Assembly: GCA_041666265.1 (NCBI GenBank)
Contig: JBAYHH010000003.1
Coordinates: 2,020 to 66,019, forward strand
Length of the DNA stretch: 64,000 bases
Direction: 5' to 3'
Source: Candidatus Magasanikiibacteriota bacterium
GTDB taxonomy: Bacteria > Patescibacteriota > Patescibacteriia > Magasanikbacterales > GWA2-37-8
Part shown: positions 1 through 7,319 of the stretch, piece after piece
How the letters are laid out: each line of letters begins with the position of its first letter
How positions within the stretch are numbered: the stretch's first letter is position 1
Notes under the pieces: model-generated
Told to the model about the DNA's origin: nothing
What the model saw: the letters and a program-made list of their open reading frames with translations, nothing else
The model's database searches: none
Program-made: the position numbers and the translations under genes

Positions 1-8
1 ACCTTTAT

Positions 9-37
9 ATTATATATTCATTCTCCGTTTAGAGCAA
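9..37 (-). promoter_or_regulatory. sigma70-type promoter firing out of the left edge of the window
   Basis: Minus strand TTGCTC (37-32), 17-nt spacer, TATAAT (14-9). Confidence 0.55.
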
Positions 38-47
38 ATGCGCAAAC

Positions 48-73
48 CAAAATCCGCCGTGAGGCGGATTTTG
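48..73 (-). terminator. intrinsic terminator of the tRNA-like RNA
   Basis: Hairpin CAAAATCCGCC-N4-GGCGGATTTTG immediately 3' of the tRNA-like element. Confidence 0.75.
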
Positions 74-80
74 AATGCCG

Positions 81-152
81 TGGACCACGGGGGAATCGAA
101 CCCCAAAAGCAGGTGTGGTAATACCGCCTACGAGACCACTCGCGCGTGGCCC
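81..152 (-). ncRNA. atypical tRNA-like RNA (8-bp acceptor/4-bp T stem, G3.U70, discriminator A, no canonical anticodon arm)
   Basis: Minus strand GGGCCACG-CG-CGAG(TGGT)CTCG-TAGGCG(GTATTACCA)CACCTG-CTTTT-GGGG(TTCGATT)CCCC-CGTGGTCC-A; canonical T-loop; own extended -10 and terminator; CCA not encoded. Confidence 0.7.
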
Positions 153-170
153 TCGTGTCCTGGCGCCAAT

Positions 171-179
171 ATTATATCA
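171..179 (-). promoter_or_regulatory. extended -10 promoter for the tRNA-like RNA
   Basis: TGATATAAT on the minus strand, ~18 nt upstream of the predicted mature 5' G at 152. Confidence 0.65.
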
Positions 180-193
180 CAAAAGTAGAAACG

Positions 194-217
194 AAAAAAC
201 TCCCCGAAGGGAGTTTT
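194..217 (-). terminator. intrinsic terminator with UUCG tetraloop
   Basis: Minus strand AAAACTCCC-TTCG-GGGAGTTTTTT. Confidence 0.8.
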
Positions 218-258
218 GGTGTCGGCGCAAGTATTGATCTTGCAAGCAGTATTACCAC
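194..258 (-). ncRNA. putative ~65-nt small RNA antisense to the tRNA-like RNA
   Basis: Lies between a near-consensus promoter (293-265) and a UUCG-capped terminator (217-194); 5' part complementary to the RNA encoded at 114-138. Confidence 0.6.
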
Positions 259-264
259 AAATAT

Positions 265-293
265 AGAATATCAAATTTGGCGCCATTTGTCAA
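265..293 (-). promoter_or_regulatory. sigma70 promoter of the small RNA
   Basis: TTGACA (293-288), 17-nt spacer, TGn-TATTCT (270-265); DnaA box TTATCCACA at 300-308 just upstream. Confidence 0.7.
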
Positions 294-349
294 TCCAACT
301 TATCCACACCAGAAAACAAAAATCTACTTGACCAAATCAGCCTAAGTTT

Positions 350-709
350 TTAAATGGTTTGATTTGTCTCATGGGAAATGGTCGGCATAGCCGTGTTCGG
401 CTTCACCGATTTCGGATTAGGCGAATAAAGCGGGTTTTTAATCTTCCATTTTTGCACAAATTGTCCAATCCCTCTTTTCTCCAGTTTATTTTTTACGGTA
501 GTGTGGGTCTGCGACCATTTCACCAAGCTCTCAAAGTTCACTTTATAGCGGCCGGCCACGACCACATAGGTGACCTCTTGCGAGGCGATAGCGCGGCGGA
601 TAGTCGCCTGATTGACACCAAAAAGACGAGCGGCTTCGGATACCGAAACCCGAATCATCTCCTTGGGGTCAGTCGGTTTGGGAGTTAAATTGACTGTTTC
701 TGGAGTCAT
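350..709 (-). CDS. excisionase/BldC-like (MerR-type HTH_17) DNA-binding protein
   Basis: VSVSEAARLFGVNQATIRRAI...GRYKV wHTH motif; ATG at 709 preferred over TTG at 730. Confidence 0.8.
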   Translation of the reverse strand: MTPETVNLTPKPTDPKEMIRVSVSEAARLFGVNQATIRRAIASQEVTYVVVAGRYKVNFESLVKWSQTHTTVKNKLEKRGIGQFVQKWKIKNPLYSPNPKSVKPNTAMPTISHETNQTI

Positions 710-754
710 ATTGTGGATAACTTTGGTCAAGTTTGTAAGCTCAATATAGCTCTG

Positions 755-982
755 TTTGTATACACTAGTCTACACAAATAATAGCACATTTGGGTGTTTT
801 TGTCAAGGGTGGGGGAATCAATGACTATTTTAGAGTATTTTTTATAGCGATTGTGGGGTATTTCCCCTATTTCAAATATTTGATAAAAGTTTGTATACAC
901 TAATCTACACAAACGCAAATTAAAATTGCTAATTTTAGCCAAATCAGTTTTACTAAAATTTGTATACACTAATCTACACAAA
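755..982. repeat. three copies of 24-bp TTTGTATACACTA(G/A)TCTACACAAA (755-778, 890-913, 959-982)
   Basis: Read directly; extra half-site GTATACAC at 1063-1070. Confidence 0.9.
778..806 (-). promoter_or_regulatory. sigma70 promoter of the HTH gene
   Basis: TTGACA (806-801), 17-nt spacer, TGn-TATTAT (783-778). Confidence 0.7.
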
Positions 983-1013
983 CGACGAAATTCCAAATCA
1001 AAAATCTCAAATT

Positions 1014-1105
1014 CCAAATAAATCACAAATATCAAATTTCAACACCTAAACGAGCTTTTTCAGTATACACGCATATTTGGGATTTGGTATTTGTGATTTA
1101 TTTGG
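1014..1105. repeat. 24-bp inverted repeat within low-complexity CCAAAT/ATTTGG tracts
   Basis: CCAAATAAATCACAAATATCAAAT (1014-1037) versus reverse complement of 1082-1105, 23/24 match. Confidence 0.8.
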
Positions 1106-1143
1106 TATTTGTAATTTGATGTTTGATTTTTCCCACCGTATAT

Positions 1144-1172
1144 TTGACCTTTCCCCTCATATATAGTATAGT
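1144..1172 (+). promoter_or_regulatory. sigma70 promoter upstream of the ECF sigma gene
   Basis: TTGACC-17-TATAGT. Confidence 0.55.
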
Positions 1173-1211
1173 ATGCCCTACCCACCCAGTCAGTCTGCCT
1201 ATCCACGGGGG

Positions 1212-1238
1212 TGTAACATTTTACCCTTTTTTGCGTCT
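1212..1238 (+). promoter_or_regulatory. ECF-type autoregulatory promoter
   Basis: TGTAAC-16-CGTCT matches the AAC/CGT ECF consensus; ends 6 nt before the ATG at 1245. Confidence 0.65.
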
Positions 1239-1244
1239 TCTATA

Positions 1245-1796
1245 ATGTCTGGAACTATTAAGGAAAAACTGCTCCTCTACCGCCTGCAATCAAAACGAGA
1301 TCCGGACGCCTTTACCGAGCTTTACGATCTATATGTTAAACGAATCTATCGGTTCGTTTATTTTAAAGTATCTGGCAAAGAAGAAGCCGAGGATATCACC
1401 TCCGAGGTGTTTCTCAAGGCTTGGAACTATATCATTAACAATAAAGAAAAAGAGATAAAAAGTTTTAGCGGCCTATTGTATCGGCTCGCGCGCAACGCGA
1501 TTATCGACATGTATCGCCGCCGATCGACTCAACCCCAGACCACGGTGATCCCCGAAGAGTTCGAATTAAGCGATGGGGGAAAGTGGTATGCGGATTTGAG
1601 CCGCAACGCCGACGCTGGACATGTGATCGCCGGACTGAAAAAATTAAAACAAGAATATCAAGAAGTGCTGACGCTAAAATATGTGGACGAACTCGAAGCC
1701 GACGAGATCGCGGAGATCACAGGCAAGGGCGCGATCGCCACGCGTGTCACTCTGCACCGCGCTTTAAAAAAGTTAAAAGAAATCTTGGGTGAGTAA
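1245..1796 (+). CDS. ECF RNA polymerase sigma factor
   Basis: Region 2 (AEDITSEVFLKAW...LYRLARNAIIDMYRR) and region 4 (EIAEITGKGAIATRVTLHRA); start reassigned from 1173 to 1245. Confidence 0.92.
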   Translation: MSGTIKEKLLLYRLQSKRDPDAFTELYDLYVKRIYRFVYFKVSGKEEAEDITSEVFLKAWNYIINNKEKEIKSFSGLLYRLARNAIIDMYRRRSTQPQTTVIPEEFELSDGGKWYADLSRNADAGHVIAGLKKLKQEYQEVLTLKYVDELEADEIAEITGKGAIATRVTLHRALKKLKEILGE

Positions 1797-3135
1797 TATG
1801 ACTAATAACTTAAAGTCACAACTCAAAGCGCTCAAACATTCTCAAGTTAATCCCTCGAGCGATTGGTTAAATTCCAACCGCGCTTTGTTGTTGTCGCAAA
1901 TCAAAAATACCGTGAGCGCCGATCGCCCGACCGAGAAATTCAACCTCAATAATATCTGGTCGCTTTTGTCTGTCTTTGTTCCTCAAACTTTGGTTTTCAA
2001 TTTTGTTCGTCCGATCGCCGTGCTTCTCATTGTCGCGCTCGTCGGCACAAGTGGTTGGGTCGCGACCGTGGATGCTTCTTATGAGTCGCTCCCGGGCGAG
2101 TGGTTGTATCCGGCCAAACGCGCGGTCGAAAAAACACAGGTGACGATTGCTTCGGTCACCGGCGATAAAAATTCCGAGGCCAAACTGCACGCCGAGTTTG
2201 CCAAACGCCGCGCCACCGAAGTAAAGAAAATCATGACCGCCGAAAAACCGGCCAGCGCCAAAGTGGTCCAGGACACCGTGCAAGATCTCAAAACCGAAAT
2301 TCAAAATGTCAATTCCAAGTTAAACGCCATCAAATCCGACGCGGTCGCCGGTAACGCGCAAAATGTTTCCGCCGACACGGTCAAAGAAGTTAAAACCACC
2401 ACCGATGAGGTCAAGGTGGTATTGGGGTTGATCAAAGATGATCTGCAGTCCGGCACCGGCACTATCGATAATGCTCTCAACAAATCCGTTTCCGAAGTCA
2501 AAGACATGGCCAATGCCACCGCCGTCAATGCGATGGGCGTGATGGTTGAGCAACATTTGAGCGGGGACACGAGCGTCACCAAAGAAGAAGTGAAAAAAGA
2601 ATTGGACAAGACCTTAGCCAGCGCCGCCGCCGATATCGTCGAAAACAAACAAAATGTCGAGGGCGTAAAAACCATCGTGGACGCGGTGACGAGCGAGGTC
2701 AAAGACTTGACCAAAGAAAGCCAGCTCGCCAGCTCAACCATCTCGACCACTACTACCAAAAATCTCACCGATCAAATGACCGATATCGCGAGCACCACCA
2801 AGGCCGCCGCCGTGAAGACCGACGCCGCCGCCGTCGCGGGTGATAAAAAAATCGCCGAGGCCAAAGAAAAAATGAGCCAAAATGATTTATCCGGCGCGAT
2901 GGATTCGGTCAAAGAATTAACCGCCGTCGCTAAAGAAGCGGAAAAAATCAAAGACACCGCGCTCCAAACCGTGCAGACCGTGCAGAATGTTTTGCCGATC
3001 GCGAATTTAGTCAAAGATTTGCCGGTCGTGAGCACGACCGCCGCCAAAGTGGAAATAAAATTTAATAACACCACGCCAGTCGCCACCGGCACATTACCAC
3101 TCAAAATAATCGTCGTCACCAGCACGAAGAAGTGA
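1789..3135 (+). CDS. membrane-anchored putative anti-sigma factor (DUF5667-like domain plus helical extracellular tail)
   Basis: Overlaps the sigma stop codon; one TM segment followed by SLPGEWLYPAKRAVEK motif; long Ala/Thr/Lys-rich helical region. Confidence 0.7.
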   Translation: MSNMTNNLKSQLKALKHSQVNPSSDWLNSNRALLLSQIKNTVSADRPTEKFNLNNIWSLLSVFVPQTLVFNFVRPIAVLLIVALVGTSGWVATVDASYESLPGEWLYPAKRAVEKTQVTIASVTGDKNSEAKLHAEFAKRRATEVKKIMTAEKPASAKVVQDTVQDLKTEIQNVNSKLNAIKSDAVAGNAQNVSADTVKEVKTTTDEVKVVLGLIKDDLQSGTGTIDNALNKSVSEVKDMANATAVNAMGVMVEQHLSGDTSVTKEEVKKELDKTLASAAADIVENKQNVEGVKTIVDAVTSEVKDLTKESQLASSTISTTTTKNLTDQMTDIASTTKAAAVKTDAAAVAGDKKIAEAKEKMSQNDLSGAMDSVKELTAVAKEAEKIKDTALQTVQTVQNVLPIANLVKDLPVVSTTAAKVEIKFNNTTPVATGTLPLKIIVVTSTKK

Positions 3136-3187
3136 CACCACTTCGCAGTGGTGTCATCCTGAGCCTGCCTTAGCAGGCGAAGGATCT
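3133..3187 (+). repeat. hairpin plus REP-like palindrome with a nested CCTGCC..GCAGG insert
   Basis: TGACACCACT-TCGC-AGTGGTGTCA overlapping TGTCATCCTGAG[CCTGCCTTAGCAGG]CGAAGGATCT. Confidence 0.75.
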
Positions 3188-3300
3188 ATCACCGTTTGTC
3201 TTTCTTGCATTGCCCATTTGTGTGGGCACCGCAAGAGAGGGAAAATTCATTATAACAGTTCCATGCAAAAGTCGAGGGTCCATAGTGACTCGCTGGAGCT

Positions 3301-3329
3301 TTGTATCGCATGAGATTTGCGCGTAGTAT
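3301..3329 (+). promoter_or_regulatory. candidate promoter of the S-layer-like gene
   Basis: TTGTAT-17-TAGTAT, giving a ~90-nt 5' UTR. Confidence 0.4.
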
Positions 3330-3424
3330 ATACACGCGTAAACCATGTGAAACAACTTTAATTCGGTTGACCTCTGCGCTTTATCGCGCGGGGCGCGCAA
3401 TCGGTTAGAGTATTAACTAATATT

Positions 3425-6400
3425 ATGAACTTAATTAAAAAAGTATTTACATTCAGCGTAGTAGCGACTACTATCATGTGGTCTCTCGGCGTTGCGGCCC
3501 TCGTACCGGCTGTAGCCCAAGCTGACGATGTATGTCCTTCCGGCTTGGTTGCTGGCGATATGGTCAAAGTGGCCACTTCTCCGGTGATCTATGTCTTGGA
3601 CAACCAAATGAAGGTTGCTACCTTTATCAACAATGCCACTTCCGGCACCGGTAGCGCCAAAGTATATTACAGCGGTTATAAATCATGGAATCTTGACGAG
3701 AACTATTCTTTCAAGGCCGTGTCTTTTGACTGCTTAAATAAACTCGGATGGTCCACCCAATCGGTTGGTCCTCGCCCGGGTTCTTATGTGATCAAACACC
3801 CGGCTGATGGCAATTTGTATGCCGTTGGTTTGGGTCGCACTTGCTACAAAGTTACTGACGCCCTCGCGAAGCAACTTTATGGCACCAATTACAAGGCTTA
3901 TCCGTTGTCCACTACCCAGGAATTTTCCGGTATGTGCGCCAATGGCGTAGGTGTTGATTGGACTGAAGCCAAAGCCCACCCGGGTATGTTGGTTTCCAAA
4001 GATGGAAAAACTTATTTCGTGAATTCCGACAAGACACTCACCGAGATTACTGCTGAAGGCATGACTGCCAACCGCGTGAAATCTTCTTGGGTGCGCGCGT
4101 TGGATGCCGCTTTGTTGCCGGCCGTCGGCACTGCCGTCGCTGTCACCAAATATGAATCCGCGTTGGGTGATCGCTCACAATCGGGCGTCGCTTCCGCTGG
4201 AAATGACACTGTCGCGACTGGTGCGTTGACTGTCTCTTTGAGCGCCAACACTCCGGCTGCGACCAATTTACCGGATGGCACTTCCTTTAATCCGATTTTA
4301 AAGTTTACTTTAAATGCGGGTCCGGAAGCTGTCACTGTTAGTGGTGTTACCCTCAAAAAGGGTGGCTATGTTCTCAATACCAACATTTCCGGTATTGATA
4401 TCGTGGATGGCAGTGATGTCCGCCATGGTAATGTAGTTTCCTCTGTCAATTCCGACAATGAAGTTCTTATTTTGTTCGGTTCCAACCCAGTGGTTGTACC
4501 AGCCGGCGGTTCTGTCACTTTGACTGCTCGTGTTAACCTCGGCGCTTCTGCCGGTGGTAGCACCGTGAAGTTAGGTGTCAAATCCGTTGTTTCTACCGCC
4601 GCTACCGTTGGTGGTTCATTCCCATTCTATGGCAATGAATTCAATACTGTTGATGGCGCCAATGCCGTTGCTACCGCTTATTTTGATGCATTATCCGTGT
4701 CTGGTTCTGCCGGTACAGATCTGAATGCCGATGCTGATAATGAGCAAGAAATTACCAAATTTCGCTTACAGGAGTATGGTAGCAAAGAGGATCTCAAATT
4801 ATATAAATTAGTCCTCTTCAACTACGGCAATGCTGCGGATGCTGATTATAAGGATGTGCAATTGGTTTCTGCCGATGGTACAGTGCTTGCCACTGCTCAA
4901 CCGGCCAGCCAGTATGTAACCTTTGATCTTTCCGCTTCTCCGTATCTCATTGCCAAGGGTCAATACAAAGATCTTACTGTTCGTGCCAAAATCGTGAGCG
5001 GTACTTCCAAAACCATTCAATTCGTCGCTTATAATGACTACGATGTAATGGTTAAGGGTTCTGACTCCGGTTCTTATGTGTTGCCCACGGTTTCCGGTGG
5101 TGCTGGTTATGAATCTACTTTTCCAGTAGGTGATTTAGGTGCTGCAAGTGTTACTACTTTCAACAAAGTAACTATCGCCGCTGGTACTCTTAGTTTCAAC
5201 AAAGATACCACTTCCCCAACTTCCGCAGTTGCTCCAGGTGCCTCCAATGTTGTCTTGGCTAAATATTATGTCAAGCCGACTGGCGAAAACATGGAGTTAC
5301 GCAAAGTTAGTTTTGGTATTATCCAAACTGACTCCGCCCTTACCGGTAATGTCTATGTAAAAGTAGATGGTGCTACCGTGTGGAGTGGAGCCGTCAATAC
5401 CACTGAATTTCCTTTAGCTGGTACTGTTGGAACCAAGACCCTCAACACTTATCCGATTTTGACTGCCGGCAAGAATGCGTACATTACCGTTGAAGGTTCC
5501 GTGCCTTCCACTGCCACTTCGACCGTGCGCTATACAGTCAATGATTTTGACATCACTGAAGTCAAAAAATTGACCAGCAATACAATTGCCGATCCCGCAG
5601 TCAATACTGCTGATGGCAATCAAATCTCGGTGAATGCGGCTTCGTTATCCGCCAAGACTCTGTCCACTCCGGTGGCCCAGAATATCATTAGCGGTGCAAC
5701 TGGTTTCACTTTCGCCCAGTTCGAACTTAGTGCTAACACTTCTGGTGAAGATGTGCGTATTTCGTCCATTGTTGTTTCAAATGTGGGTACTGGTACTACT
5801 ACTAATATCCTCAATTTGGCTCTCTGGGATGGAACCACTCAATTAACCACCAGCAACAACACTGGTACCGGCGCTGCTTCCACCACCTTCTCCTTGACTA
5901 GCCCGTTGGTTATTACCAAGGGAACTACCAAGACATTGGTGTTAAAAGCTGATTACATTGGCACAACTGCTAATGTCACCCACAAGTTCATGTTGCACAC
6001 CGTTACCGCTACTGGCAAGGATACTGGCACCTCTGTCACTCCTTCCGTTTCCGGTATGGGTCAAGCCATGACTACTGCCTCTGGTCCGACTGTCACTTTG
6101 TCTCTTGTGTCTGGTACCGGCGCCGCGCCGAGTGCCAACCAAGTGGTACAAGTTGCCACCAATGATGGTACTTATTTTGCCTTCAAGATCACTCCGTCCA
6201 ACGAAGCGATCAAGTTGACAACTCTTAAGTTAACCGCCACTGGTACTGGTCTCAATACCAACGATGTGACTAACTTACGGTTATATCGTAACAGTGAAAC
6301 TACTCCGTTCCAGAGCTTGGGTGAAATGACCTGCTCGAGCAATTCCTGTACTGCTACCTGGGGCGGTAGTACTACCGACAACTTATTGCCGGAAGCTGTA

Positions 6401-7102
6401 CAGCCTGGTAGTCCGGTCACCGTCTATTTGAAAGCGGATGTTGGTGCGGCTGGTGTAGCCAAACTTGGAGATGATTTCACCTTCAAGATCAATGCTACCA
6501 CCACCGATTTCGTAGCCAAGGGTGCTACTACCAATGGCTCTGCTCATATTACCGGCACCCCGACAGCTTCTGGCGCCACTCACATTGTACCGTTCACGGT
6601 CAAGGTAGAAAGCGTTTCGCCGACTACCCCGGCCACAATCGGTCTTAGTACTGGTGCTACTGTTGGTGTGTTCAAGGTAACCAACCTTGGTAACGCCCAG
6701 GTTGCTCTTACCAAGCTCAGTTTTGCCAACGGCGGAGCCTCGACATCTTCATTGAATTTTGCTTTGAAGTATTCTACTGACGGCGGCGCGCAAACCGATA
6801 CTACCGGTGGCACTGCTTCAACCACAGCGACCAATCGCGTTGACTTCGGTACTCTTGATACTGCTGTTACTATTAACGGTGGTTCTTGGAGATACTTCAC
6901 AGTCAAGACATCTGGAACTGCTGTCAATTATGATACTTTCCAGTTGTCGGTGAGTTTGTTGGGCGACATTGTGTATAAAGTCAAAGATATCGATCTTGGT
7001 TATGACGGCGATACTGCCGGCGGTATTACTGATACTTATGCCAACACTGGTCTATATACCAGCGGTCTCCCGGCTCTCGAAAGCGTTACTGCTCGTAGCT
7101 AA
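3425..7102 (+). CDS. large secreted S-layer-like surface protein
   Basis: Signal peptide ending in AQA; Thr/Ser/Gly/Ala/Val-rich repeated beta-sandwich segments; strong GCT/ACT/GGT codon bias; strong terminator. Confidence 0.75.
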   Translation: MNLIKKVFTFSVVATTIMWSLGVAALVPAVAQADDVCPSGLVAGDMVKVATSPVIYVLDNQMKVATFINNATSGTGSAKVYYSGYKSWNLDENYSFKAVSFDCLNKLGWSTQSVGPRPGSYVIKHPADGNLYAVGLGRTCYKVTDALAKQLYGTNYKAYPLSTTQEFSGMCANGVGVDWTEAKAHPGMLVSKDGKTYFVNSDKTLTEITAEGMTANRVKSSWVRALDAALLPAVGTAVAVTKYESALGDRSQSGVASAGNDTVATGALTVSLSANTPAATNLPDGTSFNPILKFTLNAGPEAVTVSGVTLKKGGYVLNTNISGIDIVDGSDVRHGNVVSSVNSDNEVLILFGSNPVVVPAGGSVTLTARVNLGASAGGSTVKLGVKSVVSTAATVGGSFPFYGNEFNTVDGANAVATAYFDALSVSGSAGTDLNADADNEQEITKFRLQEYGSKEDLKLYKLVLFNYGNAADADYKDVQLVSADGTVLATAQPASQYVTFDLSASPYLIAKGQYKDLTVRAKIVSGTSKTIQFVAYNDYDVMVKGSDSGSYVLPTVSGGAGYESTFPVGDLGAASVTTFNKVTIAAGTLSFNKDTTSPTSAVAPGASNVVLAKYYVKPTGENMELRKVSFGIIQTDSALTGNVYVKVDGATVWSGAVNTTEFPLAGTVGTKTLNTYPILTAGKNAYITVEGSVPSTATSTVRYTVNDFDITEVKKLTSNTIADPAVNTADGNQISVNAASLSAKTLSTPVAQNIISGATGFTFAQFELSANTSGEDVRISSIVVSNVGTGTTTNILNLALWDGTTQLTTSNNTGTGAASTTFSLTSPLVITKGTTKTLVLKADYIGTTANVTHKFMLHTVTATGKDTGTSVTPSVSGMGQAMTTASGPTVTLSLVSGTGAAPSANQVVQVATNDGTYFAFKITPSNEAIKLTTLKLTATGTGLNTNDVTNLRLYRNSETTPFQSLGEMTCSSNSCTATWGGSTTDNLLPEAVQPGSPVTVYLKADVGAAGVAKLGDDFTFKINATTTDFVAKGATTNGSAHITGTPTASGATHIVPFTVKVESVSPTTPATIGLSTGATVGVFKVTNLGNAQVALTKLSFANGGASTSSLNFALKYSTDGGAQTDTTGGTASTTATNRVDFGTLDTAVTINGGSWRYFTVKTSGTAVNYDTFQLSVSLLGDIVYKVKDIDLGYDGDTAGGITDTYANTGLYTSGLPALESVTARS

Positions 7103-7157
7103 GCTCCTCGATTAGCTTTTATCCCCGCGTTATTCACTTGAATAATTCGAGATAAAC

Positions 7158-7202
7158 AAATCGAAACCATACCCGCCCTTCGCTTGAGGGGCGGGTTTTG
7201 GT
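7158..7202 (+). terminator. terminator, repeat copy 1
   Basis: AAACCATACCCGCCCTTC-GCTT-GAGGGGCGGGTTTTGGT; identical to 8960-9004. Confidence 0.85.
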
Positions 7203-7263
7203 ACTTATCCACAGGCGATTTGGCTTAAATTAGCTATTTCTCGCCAAATTGTAGTAATATCAG

Positions 7264-7309
7264 TTGTCATTTAGTATTACTTTATGTATAATAGTATTGT
7301 CATTTAGTA
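7264..7309 (+). promoter_or_regulatory. promoter with 13-bp direct-repeat operators
   Basis: TTGTCA-17-TATAAT; TTGTCATTTAGTA at 7264-7276 and 7297-7309. Confidence 0.7.
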
Positions 7310-7319
7310 ATAATATAAT

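Noticed and set aside
81-152. Ordinary tRNA (Ala or Val) or standard tmRNA
   Set aside because: No 5-bp stem with a 7-nt anticodon loop, no U8, a tiny D loop, and no room for a tag reading frame; kept as a tRNA-like RNA.
146-331. 61-aa plus-strand ORF
   Set aside because: Runs antisense across promoters and a terminator; no recognisable motif.
350-709. Prophage or ICE inferred from the excisionase-like gene beside a tRNA-like sequence
   Set aside because: No integrase, phage or conjugation genes and no duplicated att sequence in the window; sequence left of position 1 is not visible.
755-982. CRISPR array
   Set aside because: Only three repeats with unequal spacers (111 and 45 bp) and no cas genes in the window.
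727-1035. 102-aa ORF with repeated LCRLVYTN
   Set aside because: Translation of the 24-bp DNA repeats and low-complexity tract; overlaps a promoter.
300-1130. Replication origin
   Set aside because: Only two perfect DnaA boxes, far apart, and no dnaA/dnaN; similar single boxes occur elsewhere. Not fully excluded.
1867-6927. Numerous antisense ORFs in the anti-sigma and S-layer genes
   Set aside because: Shadow frames caused by biased codon usage of the sense genes.
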